Shown in pieces: positions 1-32,519 of a DNA stretch of 64,000 bases (position 1 is the first letter of the stretch; every line of letters starts with the position of its first letter). Source of the DNA: the human T2T-CHM13v2.0 reference genome, Homo sapiens; assembly GCF_009914755.1 (NCBI RefSeq), contig NC_060939.1; one strand, 5' to 3'. The notes under the pieces were generated by a model. That model saw nothing but the letters and a program-made list of their open reading frames with translations, made no database searches and was not told where the DNA came from. A program made the translations under genes and the position numbers.

Positions 1-244
1 AGTCCCAGCACTTTGGGAAGTGGAGGCGGGAGGACGATTGAGCCCAAGAGTTCGAGAACAGCCTGGTCAAGATAGTGAGACCCGCATCTCTACAAATAGG
101 AAAAATTAGCTAGGCATGGTGGCGTGCACCTGTAGGCCCAGCTATTCAGGAGGCTGAGAAGGGAGGATCTAGCCTGGGAGGTATAAGCTGCAGTGAGCTG
201 TGATCAGGCCACTGCACTCCAACCTGGGCGATAGAGCAAGACAA

Positions 245-2225
<1,981 letters not shown>

Positions 2226-2370
2226 AACACATTTATAATGTATAATGGGGTATATAAAAATAAGTAAAACTTGGCCCCTACACTGAAGGAATATAAAGCA
2301 GGAGAACAGAGAGGCACAATAAGAGAATGGCCTTGGCTTTTCCTAAAGTCTTTTTGATACGACTAGCTAG

Positions 2371-2538
<168 letters not shown>

Positions 2539-2786
2539 TAGTTGCTAATTTTGGAATTATATACTAGATTCTTCTACCTAGTGGAAGGTATTACAACCTT
2601 TACATAAAATATAGGTTTACTACCAAGGTCAAGACCCAGATTAGACTTTTCAGAAGTGTTGTCAATAATCCTGTGGAAAGGCTGCAGATCATTGCTAAAT
2701 ATGTCTGGCAGGGCCTCTTCCTTTGTCAACAATTCTCTTCCTACTTTATCATTTTTATTTCTGAGAGTTGGACTGTCAGAAACTAA

Positions 2787-3005
<219 letters not shown>

Positions 3006-4403
3006 TAGTAGAGACAGGGTTTCTCCATGTTGGTCAGGCTAGTCTCGAACTCCTGACCTCAGGTGATCCACCCTCTTTGGCCTCCCAAAGTGCTGGGATT
3101 ACAGGCATGGGCCACTGCGCCCAGCCTGTGCTGTTTTTTTGTTTGTTTTTTAAGAAATGGGTCTTAACTGTGTTGACCATGTTGATCTTGAACTCCTGGC
3201 CTCAAGCAGTCCACCTGCCTTGGCGTCCCAAACTGCTAGGATTACAGGCATGAGCCACCATGCCTGGCCAAAGCATCCTGTGCTATTTGCACTAAGTATG
3301 AAAGTGCTGTTCTGGGAATTATAGCGGCCTGGACCAGTTATGCAAGGAAGACAGGGAAGCACCTTCTCTCCATTAACCTAGATTTGTGCTGTCAGCTGTC
3401 ATTGGCAGAGAGAAGGGTGTGGTGGTGTTATGGTATAAGAGACAAGCTCCAATTCAGGATTCTGCACAAGAACATTAAGCACCAGAGCTGAGGCCTTACA
3501 CTATTTCTGCCCATTGTATAGAGACTGCCCTGTGAGTGCAGCTGATTTGGGCTAAGTAGGAGGAAAGCAGAGAAAGACTTGATTCTTCTGTCTCTTTTTT
3601 TCATATTTCCCATCTCTGACTAATCTTCAAGACTCTAGAAGTTAGGAGTGCAAAAGGCTAATAAAAAAAAAAGACTCTAGAAGTTACTTAAATGGATTTG
3701 TGATAAACATTTGAAAGTTCAGAGTCATAACTTCTGGTGCCATGAGCATCCTTATACTCAAACATGCATATTGCTTAAATATTAATAGCAGACATGGCTT
3801 ATGTTGGCAAACTAATCTCTCCCCTCTTCTAAATTCTCCCAACCCCTGAATGCACCCACATTCACCTACTAACTCATGTTTTCCCAGAAGTCATGGTTTT
3901 GGTGGCTAATGAAACCAAAGCTGACTTGAATATAGGAAGAAAGAGGTGTCTTTGGGTGGTTTGTTTTGAGAAGAGGTATAAAAGTCCCTGACAAAAAGTA
4001 GTTTTCCTCACTGTTAATGTCAGTTGTTAGAGCAGAGCTTTCTGGTCATTGTTCAACAAAAAGTATTGACAGGCCAAGATAGTGCTCTTTATATTCTGAG
4101 CAGCCTTATCTATTTACCCTACCATAGTGTAAAAATACAGTTTTTTATGTGTGCTTGATGTGGAAAGTGTTGAGCAACACTGTCTTAAAGTGGTCTTGTA
4201 GGGCCCAAGGTCTCAGAGATCATTTAGGGTCACAAAAAAAGGTTGGGAGTTACTTTTTAATTCCAATTGCTAATAGGAGTTCTTTTTAATGTACATGGCT
4301 TAGTGCTAGTTTAAAATTATTGATTTTGATAATGAAAAGGTTGTTAATTTGTTATTAAGTACCTCATATATAGGGCTCATTTTTCAGCTTTTGCATATAA
4401 TAA

Positions 4404-4641
4404 CAGTAGGCTCTCTGTATCTCCGGATTCTGTATCAGCAAATTCAACAAACTACGTATCAAAAATTCAATCAACTACATATCAAAAAAAAGTATACAGG
4501 AGGATGTACATAGGTTATATGCAGGTAATACGCCATTTTATATAAGGGACTTGAGCATTGTTGGATTTTGTTATCTGCTGGGGGTCCTGGAACCAACTTC
4601 CCATCTCCCCCCGCCCCCCCAAGGATTTCAAGGGACAGTTG
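4404..4641 (-). mobile_element. MER2 (Tigger-family MITE), internally deleted
   Basis: Reverse complement matches the MER2 core GGTTCCAGGACCCCC...ATGCTCAAGTCCCTTATATAAAATGGCGTA...GCATATAACCTA. Confidence 0.8.
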
Positions 4642-4699
4642 TATTACAAGTCTTCAAGCACCTCTGTGAAGTATGTAGGACACATAACATCTGTGTTAG

Positions 4700-4906
<207 letters not shown>

Positions 4907-4929
4907 TAGGGAGGCATTAGTGGGAATAG

Positions 4930-5240
<311 letters not shown>

Positions 5241-5453
5241 TGAGCTCAGGCGATTCACCTACCTCAGCCTCCCAAAGTGCTGGATTATAGGTGTGAGCTA
5301 CTGTGCCTGGCCTATTTATTTTTCTAGCTTCATATAGTTCTTTAACATACATACTTCCCCATGGTTACATTTTGTTTTATGAACCTATTTCTTCAGTGTT
5401 TATATAGTTACACAGTTTTATTGCCTTTACCCTTGAAGTTTTATGTAGTATAA

Positions 5454-5699
<246 letters not shown>

Positions 5700-7189
5700 T
5701 GATCTGCCCACCTCAGCCTCCTAAAGTGCTGGGATTACAGGTGTGAGCCACCGCGCCCCACCGCAAATATTTATTTATAAAATTGTATTTTCACGTATCG
5801 ATTACTGTTAGCGTTAGATAAATTTATTGGATTACTCAAATGAATATTTGCTGAAGTGGTTGCTTAATTGGAAATAAGGGTTCTGAGTCCCTAACAGTAT
5901 TTTTGTTAAAAGATTGTCATATTGACTAAGCCAGTAGGGGTCCCTAAAGTCTTTCTGTTTTCGCTTTTTGGGTATCAGTTTTTGTGAATGAACAAATGCT
6001 GACAGGATCTTTTCTTTTTGCCTTGCGAGATCTTGGTTTCAGAAATCAAGTCACTTCTCTGTTTCTATGAACACAACAATGCAAACCTAGAATACATGAT
6101 TTGAGATGCAATATGGTATAGACTTACGTGTCTTTACTTTTCAATATTTTATGTTCTTTGTTTCTGGCCAGTAAAGATTATGATTGTATTGTTTGTTTTC
6201 TGTTTTTTTTTGAGGCAGAGTGTCGCTGTGTCACCCAGGCTGGAGCACAATGGTGCAATTTTGGCTCTGCTCACTGCAACCTCTGCCTTCCGGGTTCAAG
6301 TGATTGTCGTGCCTCAGCCTCCCAAGTAGCTGGGATTACAGGCTCCCACCACCACACGTGGCTAATTTTTGTATTTTCAGTTGAGACGGGGTTTCACCAT
6401 GTTGCCCAGGCTGGTCTCAAACTCCTGGCCTCAAGCAATCTGCCCACCTCAGCCTCCCAAAGTGCTGAAATTACAGGCACTAGCCACTGTGCCCACCTTT
6501 TTTTTTTTTTTTTTAAAGAAAAAAAAGAAAAGTCTCACTCTGTTGCCCAGGCTGGAGTGCAGTGGCATGATCAAAGCTCACTGCAGCTTCAGCTTCAAAC
6601 TCCTGGGCTCAAGGAATTCTCAGCCTGCTGAGTAGCTGGGACTATAGGCACATGCCACTAGCCTGACCATTTCTACCAGTTTTGTCTTTGCTAATACATT
6701 CTCCTGTTTTTCACCAAAGGAAGTAGTCTATATTCCTTGAGCTCCCATGGCTTGTTAGTACTTCTCATATTACCCATCACATCTACTTGTACTATAGTTA
6801 TTTTGTATAGTTTATCTTCCTGATTAAGTTATAAGCTCTGTGGAGGCAGGAATCAGCTCTTCTTTTTCTCCATATCCTTCAGAGTCCCTGGGACTATGTT
6901 TCATACGAAGTAAGTGTCTAGTACATGTTTGTTGCACTGAAATGACAGTGAGTATATGAATTGGCCAGGCTGGTCTCAAAATCCTGGCCTCAGGTAATCC
7001 GCCCATCTCAGTATCCCAAAGTGCTGGGATTACAGGCGTGAGCCACTGCACCTGGCCGTGCAATGAATTTTTAAATGAAATATTAAGTATATAGAAAAGT
7101 TTAGAGAATAAACTTTCATTGATTTTTCAGCTATTTGTTGATTTTTTTTCTTCATGGGAAATTTAAACATTATGAAAGTTTAATCTTTT

Positions 7190-8990
<1,801 letters not shown>

Positions 8991-9174
8991 CAATTTTAGA
9001 ATCAACCCATAGTGCTATTACAGAACACTTATCTGTAATTACAAAATAGAATGTGAATGTTCTCAGCCAGACAATATGAAAGAAAAGGTACAGCTGATAG
9101 AGGTGGGGAAGTAGCCATGGAGAGAGAAAAGATTGAAGGGCAAATGTCCTCATTTTTACAAAGTAGGAAGTTAA

Positions 9175-9522
<348 letters not shown>

Positions 9523-9831
9523 TGATCCGCCTGCCTTGGCCTTCCAAAGTGCTGGGATTACAGGCGTGAGCCATCGCACCCGGCCGGATCTATAATAGTT
9601 TTTAAAACTATATTAATATATTAACTTGAATTGGCAATTTAAAAATTGATCTTCATGGAATCTCTGAATTAGATTATCCTTTTTTATGACTTTCTAAAGA
9701 GAAATCATCCTGGTAATTTTATTTGATATTTTCTCTTCCCATTGCACACCTTGTTTTACTAATATTTCTTTTTTCTTTATATATTTTTTTTGCCATCAAG
9801 ATCACTGTGGTAAGGAATATTATTTTGTTGA

Positions 9832-9999
<168 letters not shown>

Positions 10000-10112
10000 T
10001 GAACTCTAGTTAGGAAAGCTTCCAGGTTATAAAACAAAACTGAAATATTTGTGTAGCATTTCCTTGTTAGATAATGATAAAGAGATAGAGGAAGGCCAGG
10101 TGCAGTGGCTTA

Positions 10113-10457
<345 letters not shown>

Positions 10458-10679
10458 CTAAACTTACCTGCAAATTAAATAATTTAGTCTCCATTTAATA
10501 TTGTGTTAAGAGAGTAAGCTCCTTTTGCTTAAGGAGGTAACTGTAATTATAACCTACTCTACCACAGGGTTGAAAACCTGATGACTGGTTAAAACATTCC
10601 ATGTTTGAATACTACTCATTGTGTACACACTAATCTTCAGGACTTCAGGGAAAACTATAAAGCTTTTGACCTTATTATT

Positions 10680-12560
<1,881 letters not shown>

Positions 12561-12683
12561 AAATACATTTGTGAAAAATTATCGCTTGTTGGAAATTGAA
12601 TTTTTAACTTACATAAACATCTTTCTGATGAGCTCCAAGAACATTTCTATGACTACAGTTTCTACATGTTTGGATTATGCTAA

Positions 12684-12821
<138 letters not shown>

Positions 12822-13563
12822 TAATCAAATAAGCAAGCATTACTTCATTCCTGCTATTTGCAAGCATCTGTTAGGATGGCCATAAAAGGTACTTTCTCTG
12901 TCCTCAAGAATCTTATAGCTGTTAATAGTTAGAAGATAGACTCCTACTTCAAAATCCTTCCATGTCATAGAAACTTCCAAATCATTGATCTCCTATCAGA
13001 TACGTTAATTTCAAATACTTTTGCTACCAGGCCTTTTCCTGGCTTTACTTGCTACTTTTTTTTTTTTTTTTTTTTTTGAGGCAGAATCTCGCTGTGTCGC
13101 CCAGGCTGAAGTACAGTGGTGTGATCTCAGCTCACTGCAACCTCCTCTCTGGTTCAAGTGATTCTCCTTCATCAACCTCCCGAGTACCTGGGATTACAGG
13201 CGCCCACCAGCATGCCCGGCTAATTTTTGTGTTTTTAGTAGAGAGGGGGTTTCACCATGTTGGCCAGGCTCCTCTTGAACTCCTGATCTCAAGTGATCCA
13301 CCCACCTTGGCCTCCCAAGTGCTGGAATTATAGGCGTAAGCCACTGCGCCCAGCCCTCCATCTTCTTCATTAGTCTAGATTTTATGATTCATCATTAAAG
13401 TAATTCTCTTGCAGATAGCCTCAGTTTACATACCCACTTGAAGAGATGCCAACCTTAGATGAAACTCATCTATCTTCTCAGTGTCTGTACCCAAATAGCT
13501 GATTATACTGGAGAAAAATCGTATCATACAGCTGACTGACTTCACTTTAAATTCAAGATGACA

Positions 13564-14288
<725 letters not shown>

Positions 14289-14792
14289 TTAGGTGTACTT
14301 TCCCACTGAGTTAGACAGGCATCTCATATCTCATACTTCGTCTTCTGTTATCAGAACTTTATGCTCCTCTTCAACTCTCATTCTTAGCCAAAAACCTAAC
14401 CTGCTCTTTGCATCAAATCTACATTTGTGCCCATCTTTTCTTATCTCAGGTTACAATTGAGAAAGTGTCCCTTTTCTTCTCAAAGGCCCATTCTATCAAT
14501 ATGATTTGGTTACCATCTCCTGCCACCTTCTCAAGGACTCTACTCCTTCCATTTTCTCTTGTACCTCTCTATGAGATTATCCTCATCAGTATACAAATAT
14601 GTCTAGTGTCTCCTCCATTAGGAAAAAACCTTCCCTGGACCCCTTCAGTTTCTTTTTCCTTTACTTATGCTCCTATTGGTGGGAAGATTTGGAAATAGAC
14701 ACAGTAGGTTAAATAATTGCCCAATACATTGTATTTAAGTAGCAAATACTGGACTCAAACCAGACTTCAGAGATGATGTTCTTAAAACTTCA

Positions 14793-15002
<210 letters not shown>

Positions 15003-16544
15003 TCAGGAGGCTGAGGTGGTAGAATCTCTTGAGCCCAAGAGGTCGAGGCTCCAGTGACTGGGATCGTGCCACTGCATGTTTTCTGCTGTATTGCTAGTGC
15101 CTAAGGCAGTGTTTGGCTCTCAGTAAACAATAAATGCTTGAATGAGTGGAGATAATAGATGTCCAAAAACATGCCTGATATATAAAATGAATGTCACAGA
15201 GGAAATGGGTTAGCTGTTTAAGGAATAGAAAGGGGTAATTTCACCCTAGAGTGATCATGGAATACTTTATGGAGAAAAGATTTTGGACCAGACTTCTGAA
15301 GAATGCTAAATTTGGGAAGGAAGGAAATTAAAAGCATTTAACTGTATAGAATGGGATGAACAGAGGATGGGAAGGCATAAGTTAGAAGGAAAAGACAATA
15401 AATAAGCAAGGTCATTTAACTGGTTTAGAGTTTGTGTAGAAAAGTTGTAGGAGATGACCCTTAAAAAGATACATCAAACTGGGCATGATAGCTCACACCT
15501 GTAATCCCAGCACTTTGGGAGGCCACGGTGGGTGGATCGCTTGAGCTCAGGAGTTTGAGACCAGCCTGGGCAACATGGCAAGACCCTATCTCTACAAATA
15601 ATATAAAAATTAGCCAGACGTGGGCTGTGCCTGTAGTGGCAGCTACTTGGGAGGTGGAGGCGGGAGAATCGCTTGAGCCCAGGAGGCCAAGGTTGCCATG
15701 AGCCAAGATTGTACCACTGCTCTCCAGCCTGGGCAACAGAGCAAGATTTTGTCTCCATCTCAAAAAAAAAAAAAAAATTAAGATCCTATTTCAGAAGGTT
15801 AAGAAGTTTAAACTTGATTTTATGAAGAGTAAGCATTAGCTGGTCAGGAAACTAAGATAGTGACAATAAAGAGAAGTAGGGAAAAGATGTTGTAAAGGGC
15901 AGCGCTTGATGACTGACAATAAAAAATACACCTCAGCCCAACAATGTATTACAGTAACTTAGTAAACCTAAAAAGTGTTTGAGAGGGGAAGACAGTTTTG
16001 TTGGAAACATGAGTACAGGTTTAGAGATGACAGGTTTGAGGTGACAAACCCCGAGTGAAAATTTCTAGCTGTATTGAGAGATGTGGAACTAAGTCACACA
16101 GAGAAGTAAAAATGGAATCTGGAAACGAAAGATCCATGAGAAAGGAAGGGAGTAGGATATAGAAGAGAAAGCTAACAAACTTTCATCTTTTCTGCAACTT
16201 CAGGCAGTGTAATGGGGAGCCGTTTTTCCTTGTCTAAGTGAGTCTTAATGTTCTCTGGCTTTAAGGATGTGCTGCATAAGTGGCCAGTCCACAAAGTATC
16301 CTTGAACCTGGCCCATGCCCATGGACCAACTCTTCTGTTATAATCTTTTGAAGCTTTATTATAATTTTAGTTATTTTGAAAAACATGGCATTATTTTAAT
16401 CTAGATAGATTATACCCACTTCTGCCATGGGCACAACTTACTGTTGGAGATCAAAACAACTGAAACAAAATCTGCCTTATATCAGTGTTACAGAAGAGGC
16501 TTCCTAGTGTTTTTCTATCCTCGGGACTCAACTCTGTTGAGTTT

Positions 16545-17825
<1,281 letters not shown>

Positions 17826-18127
17826 TCCTCATAATCATTAGGAAGAAAGAGCTGAGGGGGAGGGGTGGAGGAGGATGCTTAGGAGACCTTTTATGATAAT
17901 AAGGGAGGAAACATTGAGAAGAGGAAGAGTAAGTTATAGAAGCTATAGCTATTGCGTGAGCTCCATTAGAAATTTGATAGCTAAAGGGAATTAGGGCTGT
18001 TTAAAATGTCACTCTTACATCCGTCATTTGACATGATATGTGACCTTTTTAAATAGAAATGTTTTCCCATGTTTTGACAGGGACTTATGTAGAATAAGTA
18101 TTTAGACTACAGTACATAATATCTATA

Positions 18128-18141
18128 GTTGCCATGGCAAC
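18128..18141. promoter_or_regulatory. Perfect palindromic RFX X-box GTTGCCATGGCAAC
   Basis: Exact match to the RFX consensus GTTRCCATGGYAAC in apparently non-repetitive intron 5 sequence; occupancy unknown. Confidence 0.55.
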
Positions 18142-20329
18142 TCAGCATAGCATGCTGACACTCCAAAGTTGTACAAATAGAATCCTAATCTGAGAATGTT
18201 TAAGTAGTCAGATAATGTCTGTCAACAATAAACTAAAGCAAAATTCTCAAGTAAATATAGCCTGTTAAAATAACATTTACAGATGGCTGAACAACTATAT
18301 AGATCGTTGACTTTTTTTAAAGAAAAAGAATGCTAATTAATTAATAATAGAAAAGATTACATTTCATCAGCCTAAGAGCTGGAACCAGGGATATAGAGAG
18401 GATGTTAGACTATTACTTAAATCTAAATATTATCTACTCTCATTTGTTTTCTCAATTTAATGAAGTAAAACCCCATTATATGTTAGATCTCTCTCTAATA
18501 GAAAAGTCATAAAGTTGAGAGCTACAGTTAGGTTACAAAATGAATTAGCCCATGCTTGTTCAAAGTACTGCAGTAGTTTTAAAATTCTGGGCCGGGTATG
18601 GTGGCTCATGCTTGTAATTCCAGCACTTTGGGAGGCTGAGGCCGGAGGATTGCTTGAACCCAGGAGTTCCAGACAAGACTGGGGAATATGGCGAGATCCC
18701 ATTTCAATTAAAAAATAAAAACAGTTCTGAGAAGACAATTTAACATAAGTACCAGTTTTAAAAGCACATGCCCATGCGGGCATGGTGGCTCACGCCTGTA
18801 ATCCCAGCACTTTGGGAGGCTGAGGTGGATGGATCACAAGGTCAGGAGTTCAAGAACAGCCTGGCCAAGATGGTGCAACCCTGTCTCTACTAAAAATACA
18901 AAAATTAGCCAGGCGTGGGGGTGGGCGCCTGTAATCCCAGCTACTTGGGAGGCTGAGGCAGAGAATTGCTTGAACCTGGGAAGTGGAGGTTGCAGTGAGC
19001 TGAGATCGTGCCACTGCACTCCAGCCTGGGCAACAGAGTAAGATTCTGTCTCAAAAAAAAACCAAAAACCAAAAAATCACAAAACAAAAAAATCACATAC
19101 CCTTTGACAGAAAATTTGTCTTACAGAACATTTCACATATATGCAAAGATAAATGTACAAATAATTTATACCAAAGCATAATTAAAATGGTAAAAGTTAG
19201 AAACATACTGCATCACTATAAAATGAGAAGTGTTAAATTATGCTCCTAAGCAGTTATTAAGAAGAGCTAACCTGATGGTATCCCAATCCAGTAACAGAAG
19301 ATGGCTATGATGGCACTGGGAGGGCAAGGTAGAAAGGGCCAAATAAGCTGGAGAACAGAGCATGCAATCCATCCCCATGATCTTACCCTGGGAGCTTGTC
19401 CACTATCCTGTTGTCAGTCTACCTACCTATTCCCAATCATCTGTGGCCTTTCCTTTGCCAAGGAAGTCTATTCAATTGGAAAAGAATCCCCTGTCATGTT
19501 AGCACTTAATATTACCTGGAGGTAGGAGAAAGGAGAACTTCGTTCATCTTATTTCCTGGGGACTTAGTCCCCAGAGTGTTAATATTTCCTCCTCTCCAAG
19601 AAACTGAGGCAGATTCTGCTCTCTGTCCTCTTGGCCACTGGTTCCAAGTCTTTCTTTAGGCATGACCCTCTTTTGTTGTATATGTGTCCTTTGCTCCTTC
19701 CATGGATTCCCATGATGTGAGAGATTTTATCTGCCAAATAGTAACGTAATTTTTCCCTTCCAAATTAACAAAGCCTTCCGTAACTGTATACACTAAAGTC
19801 AGTGCCCTAAAGGTTGGGAAAATCATGTCTTCAGAGTGTACTGTGCTAAACGCTTTACATGAATTATTTTATTTAGTTTTTAAAACAATCCCATAAGGTC
19901 GGTTTTATTTACATTTTACAGAAAAGGAAACAATATTCTCAGTCACATAGTAAGTGGAAGAACCACTTATATAAAAGAAGTATATGAAAATGCATAGAAA
20001 ATAATCTGGGAAATTATTTCTGGGAGATGGAGAGTGGTGAAGAGCTTTCAGTTTTTTCTCCGCCACTTCCTCTTTTTTTTTTTAGACAAAGTCTCACTCT
20101 GTCACCCAAACTGGAGTGCAGTGGCATGATATCGCTCACTGCACCCTCCGCCTCCCAGGTTCAAGTGATTCTTGTGCCCCAGCCTCCCGAGTAGCTGGGA
20201 TTACAGGTGTGCACCACCACGCCCCACTAATTTTTGTATTTTTAGTAGAGACAGGGTTTCACCATTTTGGCCAGGCTGGTCTCGAACTCCTGACCTCAGG
20301 TGATCCACTCGCTGGGATTACAGGTGTGA

Positions 20330-20563
<234 letters not shown>

Positions 20564-20816
20564 TAGCCAGGATGGTCTCGGTCTCCTGACCTCAGGTGAT
20601 CCACCTGCTTCGGCCTCCCAAAGTGCTGGGATTACAGGCGTTAGCCACTGCGCCTGGCCTCCGGCCCTCTACTTTTATATTGTTTAGATTTTTAATATAA
20701 GCATATAGTTGTTTTGTAATTTCAAAAAAAAATTCTCAAAGATAAGAAAGAAAATTTGGGCTGGGTGCAGTGGCTCACGCCTCCCAGCACTTTGGGAGGC
20801 CAAGGTGGGTGAATCA

Positions 20817-21104
<288 letters not shown>

Positions 21105-21811
21105 TCATAATTTAAATGGGAATTATGACTCCAAAGTAGATTTCTAGAGTAGAAATTACCCTTTAGCGTCATTCACTTAAACTTTGTAGAAAAATTCAAA
21201 GGTATCTGGTATGGAATGGGTAGTCTAAAGCAGAGATTTCCTTGAGTGGCTCATAAGACAGTTTTCATGGCATTTCATTTACTTCTCTTTTCTTTCCTTT
21301 TTGTTTTCTCTTTAAAATTCTTTCTACTTATTTTTCTGTTTTCTCCAATTGTTCATTTTAAACATCTTGTTTATACTATTGGAGTAAATATGTTTTTTTC
21401 TTCTTTCTTGCTCACACTCGAAATTTGCTATAGACACTCCGAGGGCATTGACTAGTCCCTTTAGTACCCCTAAAGAATGAACTGCTCAATAAAGTGAAGT
21501 ATAAGTTTGATATAGACATGCTAAAATTAACTGGGCTTTGGATCATGGCCCATTATTGATTAAAGCTAAGGTAAATGGTCTTCCAAGTTTCTGTACTTTT
21601 GAATTGATCAGTCTTGTGTTGGTATGCAGTTCTAGAATTTTATTACTGGCCAGGTGTGGTGGCTCACGCCTGTAATCCCAGCACTTTAAGAGGCCGAGGC
21701 GGGCAGATCACTTGAGTCCAGGAGTTCAAGACCAGCCTGGGCAATGTGGCAAAACCCTATCTATAAAAAAATTTAATCGGGTGTGGTGGTGCACACCTAT
21801 GGTCTCAGCTA

Positions 21812-21955
<144 letters not shown>

Positions 21956-22109
21956 CTATAATCCCAACACTTTGGGAGGCCAAGGCAGGCAGATCACCTG
22001 AGGTCAGGAGTTCAAGACCAGCCTAGCCAACTTGGTGAAACCCTGTTTCTACTAAAAATACAAAAATTAGCTGGGCGTGGTGGCATGGACCTTTAATCTC
22101 AACAACTCA

Positions 22110-22241
<132 letters not shown>

Positions 22242-22502
22242 TTATTACCTACTTTGGGCTATATTTCTAAGCAGTCCAGTTCTGACAGGACTAGCTGTAT
22301 GTACTGAGACACAATCAGCTTTACATATTTTTCTAGCTGTATTTCTATTAATATCAGAAGGGAATGCCTCCTTCCTACCACTGTCATTTTTAAATGTTTT
22401 TTTCCCTTTGCCTTGGAGGAATTATAAAGATGTCATGAGGAGCTTGGTCAGCTGTATCAGAAATACAATGTTCATTTCTACTGTTGTTTTTGTTCTCTAT
22501 AG

Positions 22503-22598
<96 letters not shown>

Positions 22599-22651
22599 TA
22601 GGTTACTGGTTTAGATAAGAGAGACTATGGCTACACTTATCAATGTAGTGA

Positions 22652-22993
<342 letters not shown>

Positions 22994-23059
22994 TGATCCA
23001 CCTGCCTTGACTTCCCAAAGTGCTGGGATTACAGGTGTGAGCCACCGCACCCGGCCAGA

Positions 23060-27570
<4,511 letters not shown>

Positions 27571-28558
27571 AATACATCCTCAAAACTGTTTCACTTCTTT
27601 TCCTTTGTCTAGGGTCAAATGTGGTAATTTAGTCCCTGCCACACATTTTATGGAAACCCAGTGATAAAACAATTTAATTGTCTGCTGAGATGTCAGACTC
27701 AAGTTGGAACCTGCCTAAATGAGGAGAATATTCTCTCTCGTTTTATAATCGAATTATCTTTCCCAGCTTATAATTTGAGAACTGCAACCTATTGAATGTA
27801 TACCACTGAAGCATAAAATTAGGTTGGAATGGTAATTGCAGCTTTTTGTCTCTGCCTACAAAATTCCTATGAAGGAAAAGGAATTACTCTTTTGCAGTCT
27901 GATCTTAGTTTTCTGAGGATGTATATACTTAATTGTGTCTTCCCTCTCAAAATTGTTTTGGCAATCATGTACAGCATTCATACTTTTAAGTATACTGTTT
28001 TAGTAGTTTAAGGATTAGCTTTTGGACAGAGTCACTAAAACATTCTCTTGTAACATAAATAAGTATTCAGATAGGATAGATGACCTAGTAGAATATAGGC
28101 TATGAGGACAAGAACTTTGATTTGGTCACCTATTGGATGCCCAAGCAGTAGAGCAATGCATTCAGGATTTGTTAATGAATATTTTGCTGACAAAAAATTT
28201 TTTGTTGTTTGTTTTTTTAGAGACGGGTCTCACTCTGCCCCCACTAGAATGCAATGGTGCAATCATAGCTCACTGCAGCTTCTAACTCCAGGGCTCAAGC
28301 AGTCCCCCCTCCTCAGTGTAGCTGGGATTACAGGCACACACCACCAAGCCCAGCTAATTTTTTTATTTCTTTTTTTTTTTTTTTTTTTTTTTTGAGACAG
28401 AGTCTCGCTCTGTCGCCCAGGCTGGAGTGCTGTGGTGCGATCTCGGCTCACGCAAGCTCCACCTCCCAGGTTCACGCCATTCTCCTGCCTCAACCTCCCA
28501 AGTAGCTGGGACTACAGGCTTCCGCCACCACACCCGGCTAATTTTTTTGTATTTTTTA

Positions 28559-28894
<336 letters not shown>

Positions 28895-29249
28895 TATTTC
28901 TTATTTTTGTAGAGATGAGGTCTTGCTGTGTTGCCCAGGCTGGTCTCAAACTCTTGGCCTAGAGTGATTCTCCCTCCTCGGCCTCCCAAAGTGCTGAGAT
29001 TACAGGCAGGCATAAGTGACTGTGCCTCGCTGAAAAATATGTTTACATAGAAATTTCATTAATTTGTTTTAATCAGGTCTCTTTATCAAGAAAAAAATTT
29101 TATAATTGAATTATATTTCTGAGAATGTCACAAGGCCTCCTTAAGCTAATAAAAATAGCCCTCTTTCATTCACAACAAAAGAGCCCTTACTGATTAATTT
29201 TTGCCGTGCCCTGTTGAAGAATATTAGCCCACATGCATGTTACTGTAGC

Positions 29250-30310
<1,061 letters not shown>

Positions 30311-30390
30311 ATGAAAGAGGATGCTATGGCCGGGCGCGGTGGCTCACGCCTGTAATCCCAGCACTTTGGGAGGCCGAGGCGGGTGGATCA

Positions 30391-30751
<361 letters not shown>

Positions 30752-31023
30752 TTATTCTGGTAAACCTTCTCTGTTTTTATAGCAAATAGATAATCTCCCT
30801 TTCTTTTTTAATTTTTAATTTTTTTTTAATTTTATAAATAGAGATGGGGTTTTGCCATGTTGCCCAGGCTGGTCTCAAACTCCTGAGCTCAAGCAATCCT
30901 CCCCACTCAGCCTCCCAGAGTGCTGGGATTACAAGCATGAGCCACCGTGCCCAGCCTTTTCTCCCTTTCTGATAGTAGATTATATCAGTGTATTTTTTTG
31001 TTCGTTTGTTTGTTTGTTTTTGA

Positions 31024-31131
<108 letters not shown>

Positions 31132-31515
31132 TAGCTGAGAAGCAGGGATTACAGGCGCCTGCAACCAACCCGGCTACATTTTGTATTTTTAGTAGAGATG
31201 GTGTTTCACCATGTAGTCTAGGCTGGTCTCAAACTCCTGATCTCAAGTGATCTGCCCACATCAGCCTCCCAAATTGCTGGGATTACAGGTGTGAGCCACT
31301 GCGCCCAGCCATATCAGTGTTTCTTGAGGCAGAACTAGAAGACTTGTGCAGTAAAGTACTTACACCTGTTACATCTTTTTTTTTTCACCATACATTCATG
31401 ATCTAAATAGAGAAAACTTATATCTCTTCATTCTTGTTTTATTTGGTCAGGATCGTAAGGTGTAACTCTATCCTAATGCCATCTGTTTATCCTCATGACA
31501 GAATCGTGAACCTAG

Positions 31516-31939
<424 letters not shown>

Positions 31940-32041
31940 TGAGATCAGGAGGTCAAGACCAGCCTGATCAATATGGTGAAACCCTGTCTCTACTAAAAAT
32001 AAAAATATTAGCTATGCATGGTGCTGCATAGCTCCATGCTA

Positions 32042-32254
<213 letters not shown>

Positions 32255-32405
32255 TTAATAGAAAGGGAAATACATTCTTTGGTCCTGAAACTACTGTCAG
32301 TACCACTTCTTCCCTACCTATTCAGGTAATTTAAGTGTCAGAAACAAATTGCTCATCTGCCTGAGTTCTGTGTGCAGCCTAAAAATGTTCTCTCCTCTCT
32401 CATAG

Positions 32406-32519
32406 GTATGGTCTCTCTGGCAGTGATGTCCTGGATAATGTAGCATATGCTCGAGCGTTCAACACAGACCACCAGACCCAGCTCCTTTATCAAGCATCAG
32501 CCATGATGGTAGAATCTAG
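32406..32519 (+). CDS. RAD51: RAD51 exon 7 ([38 protein letters not shown])
   Basis: ctcatag|GTATGG ... TAG|gtatgt; 114 nt. Confidence 0.98.
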
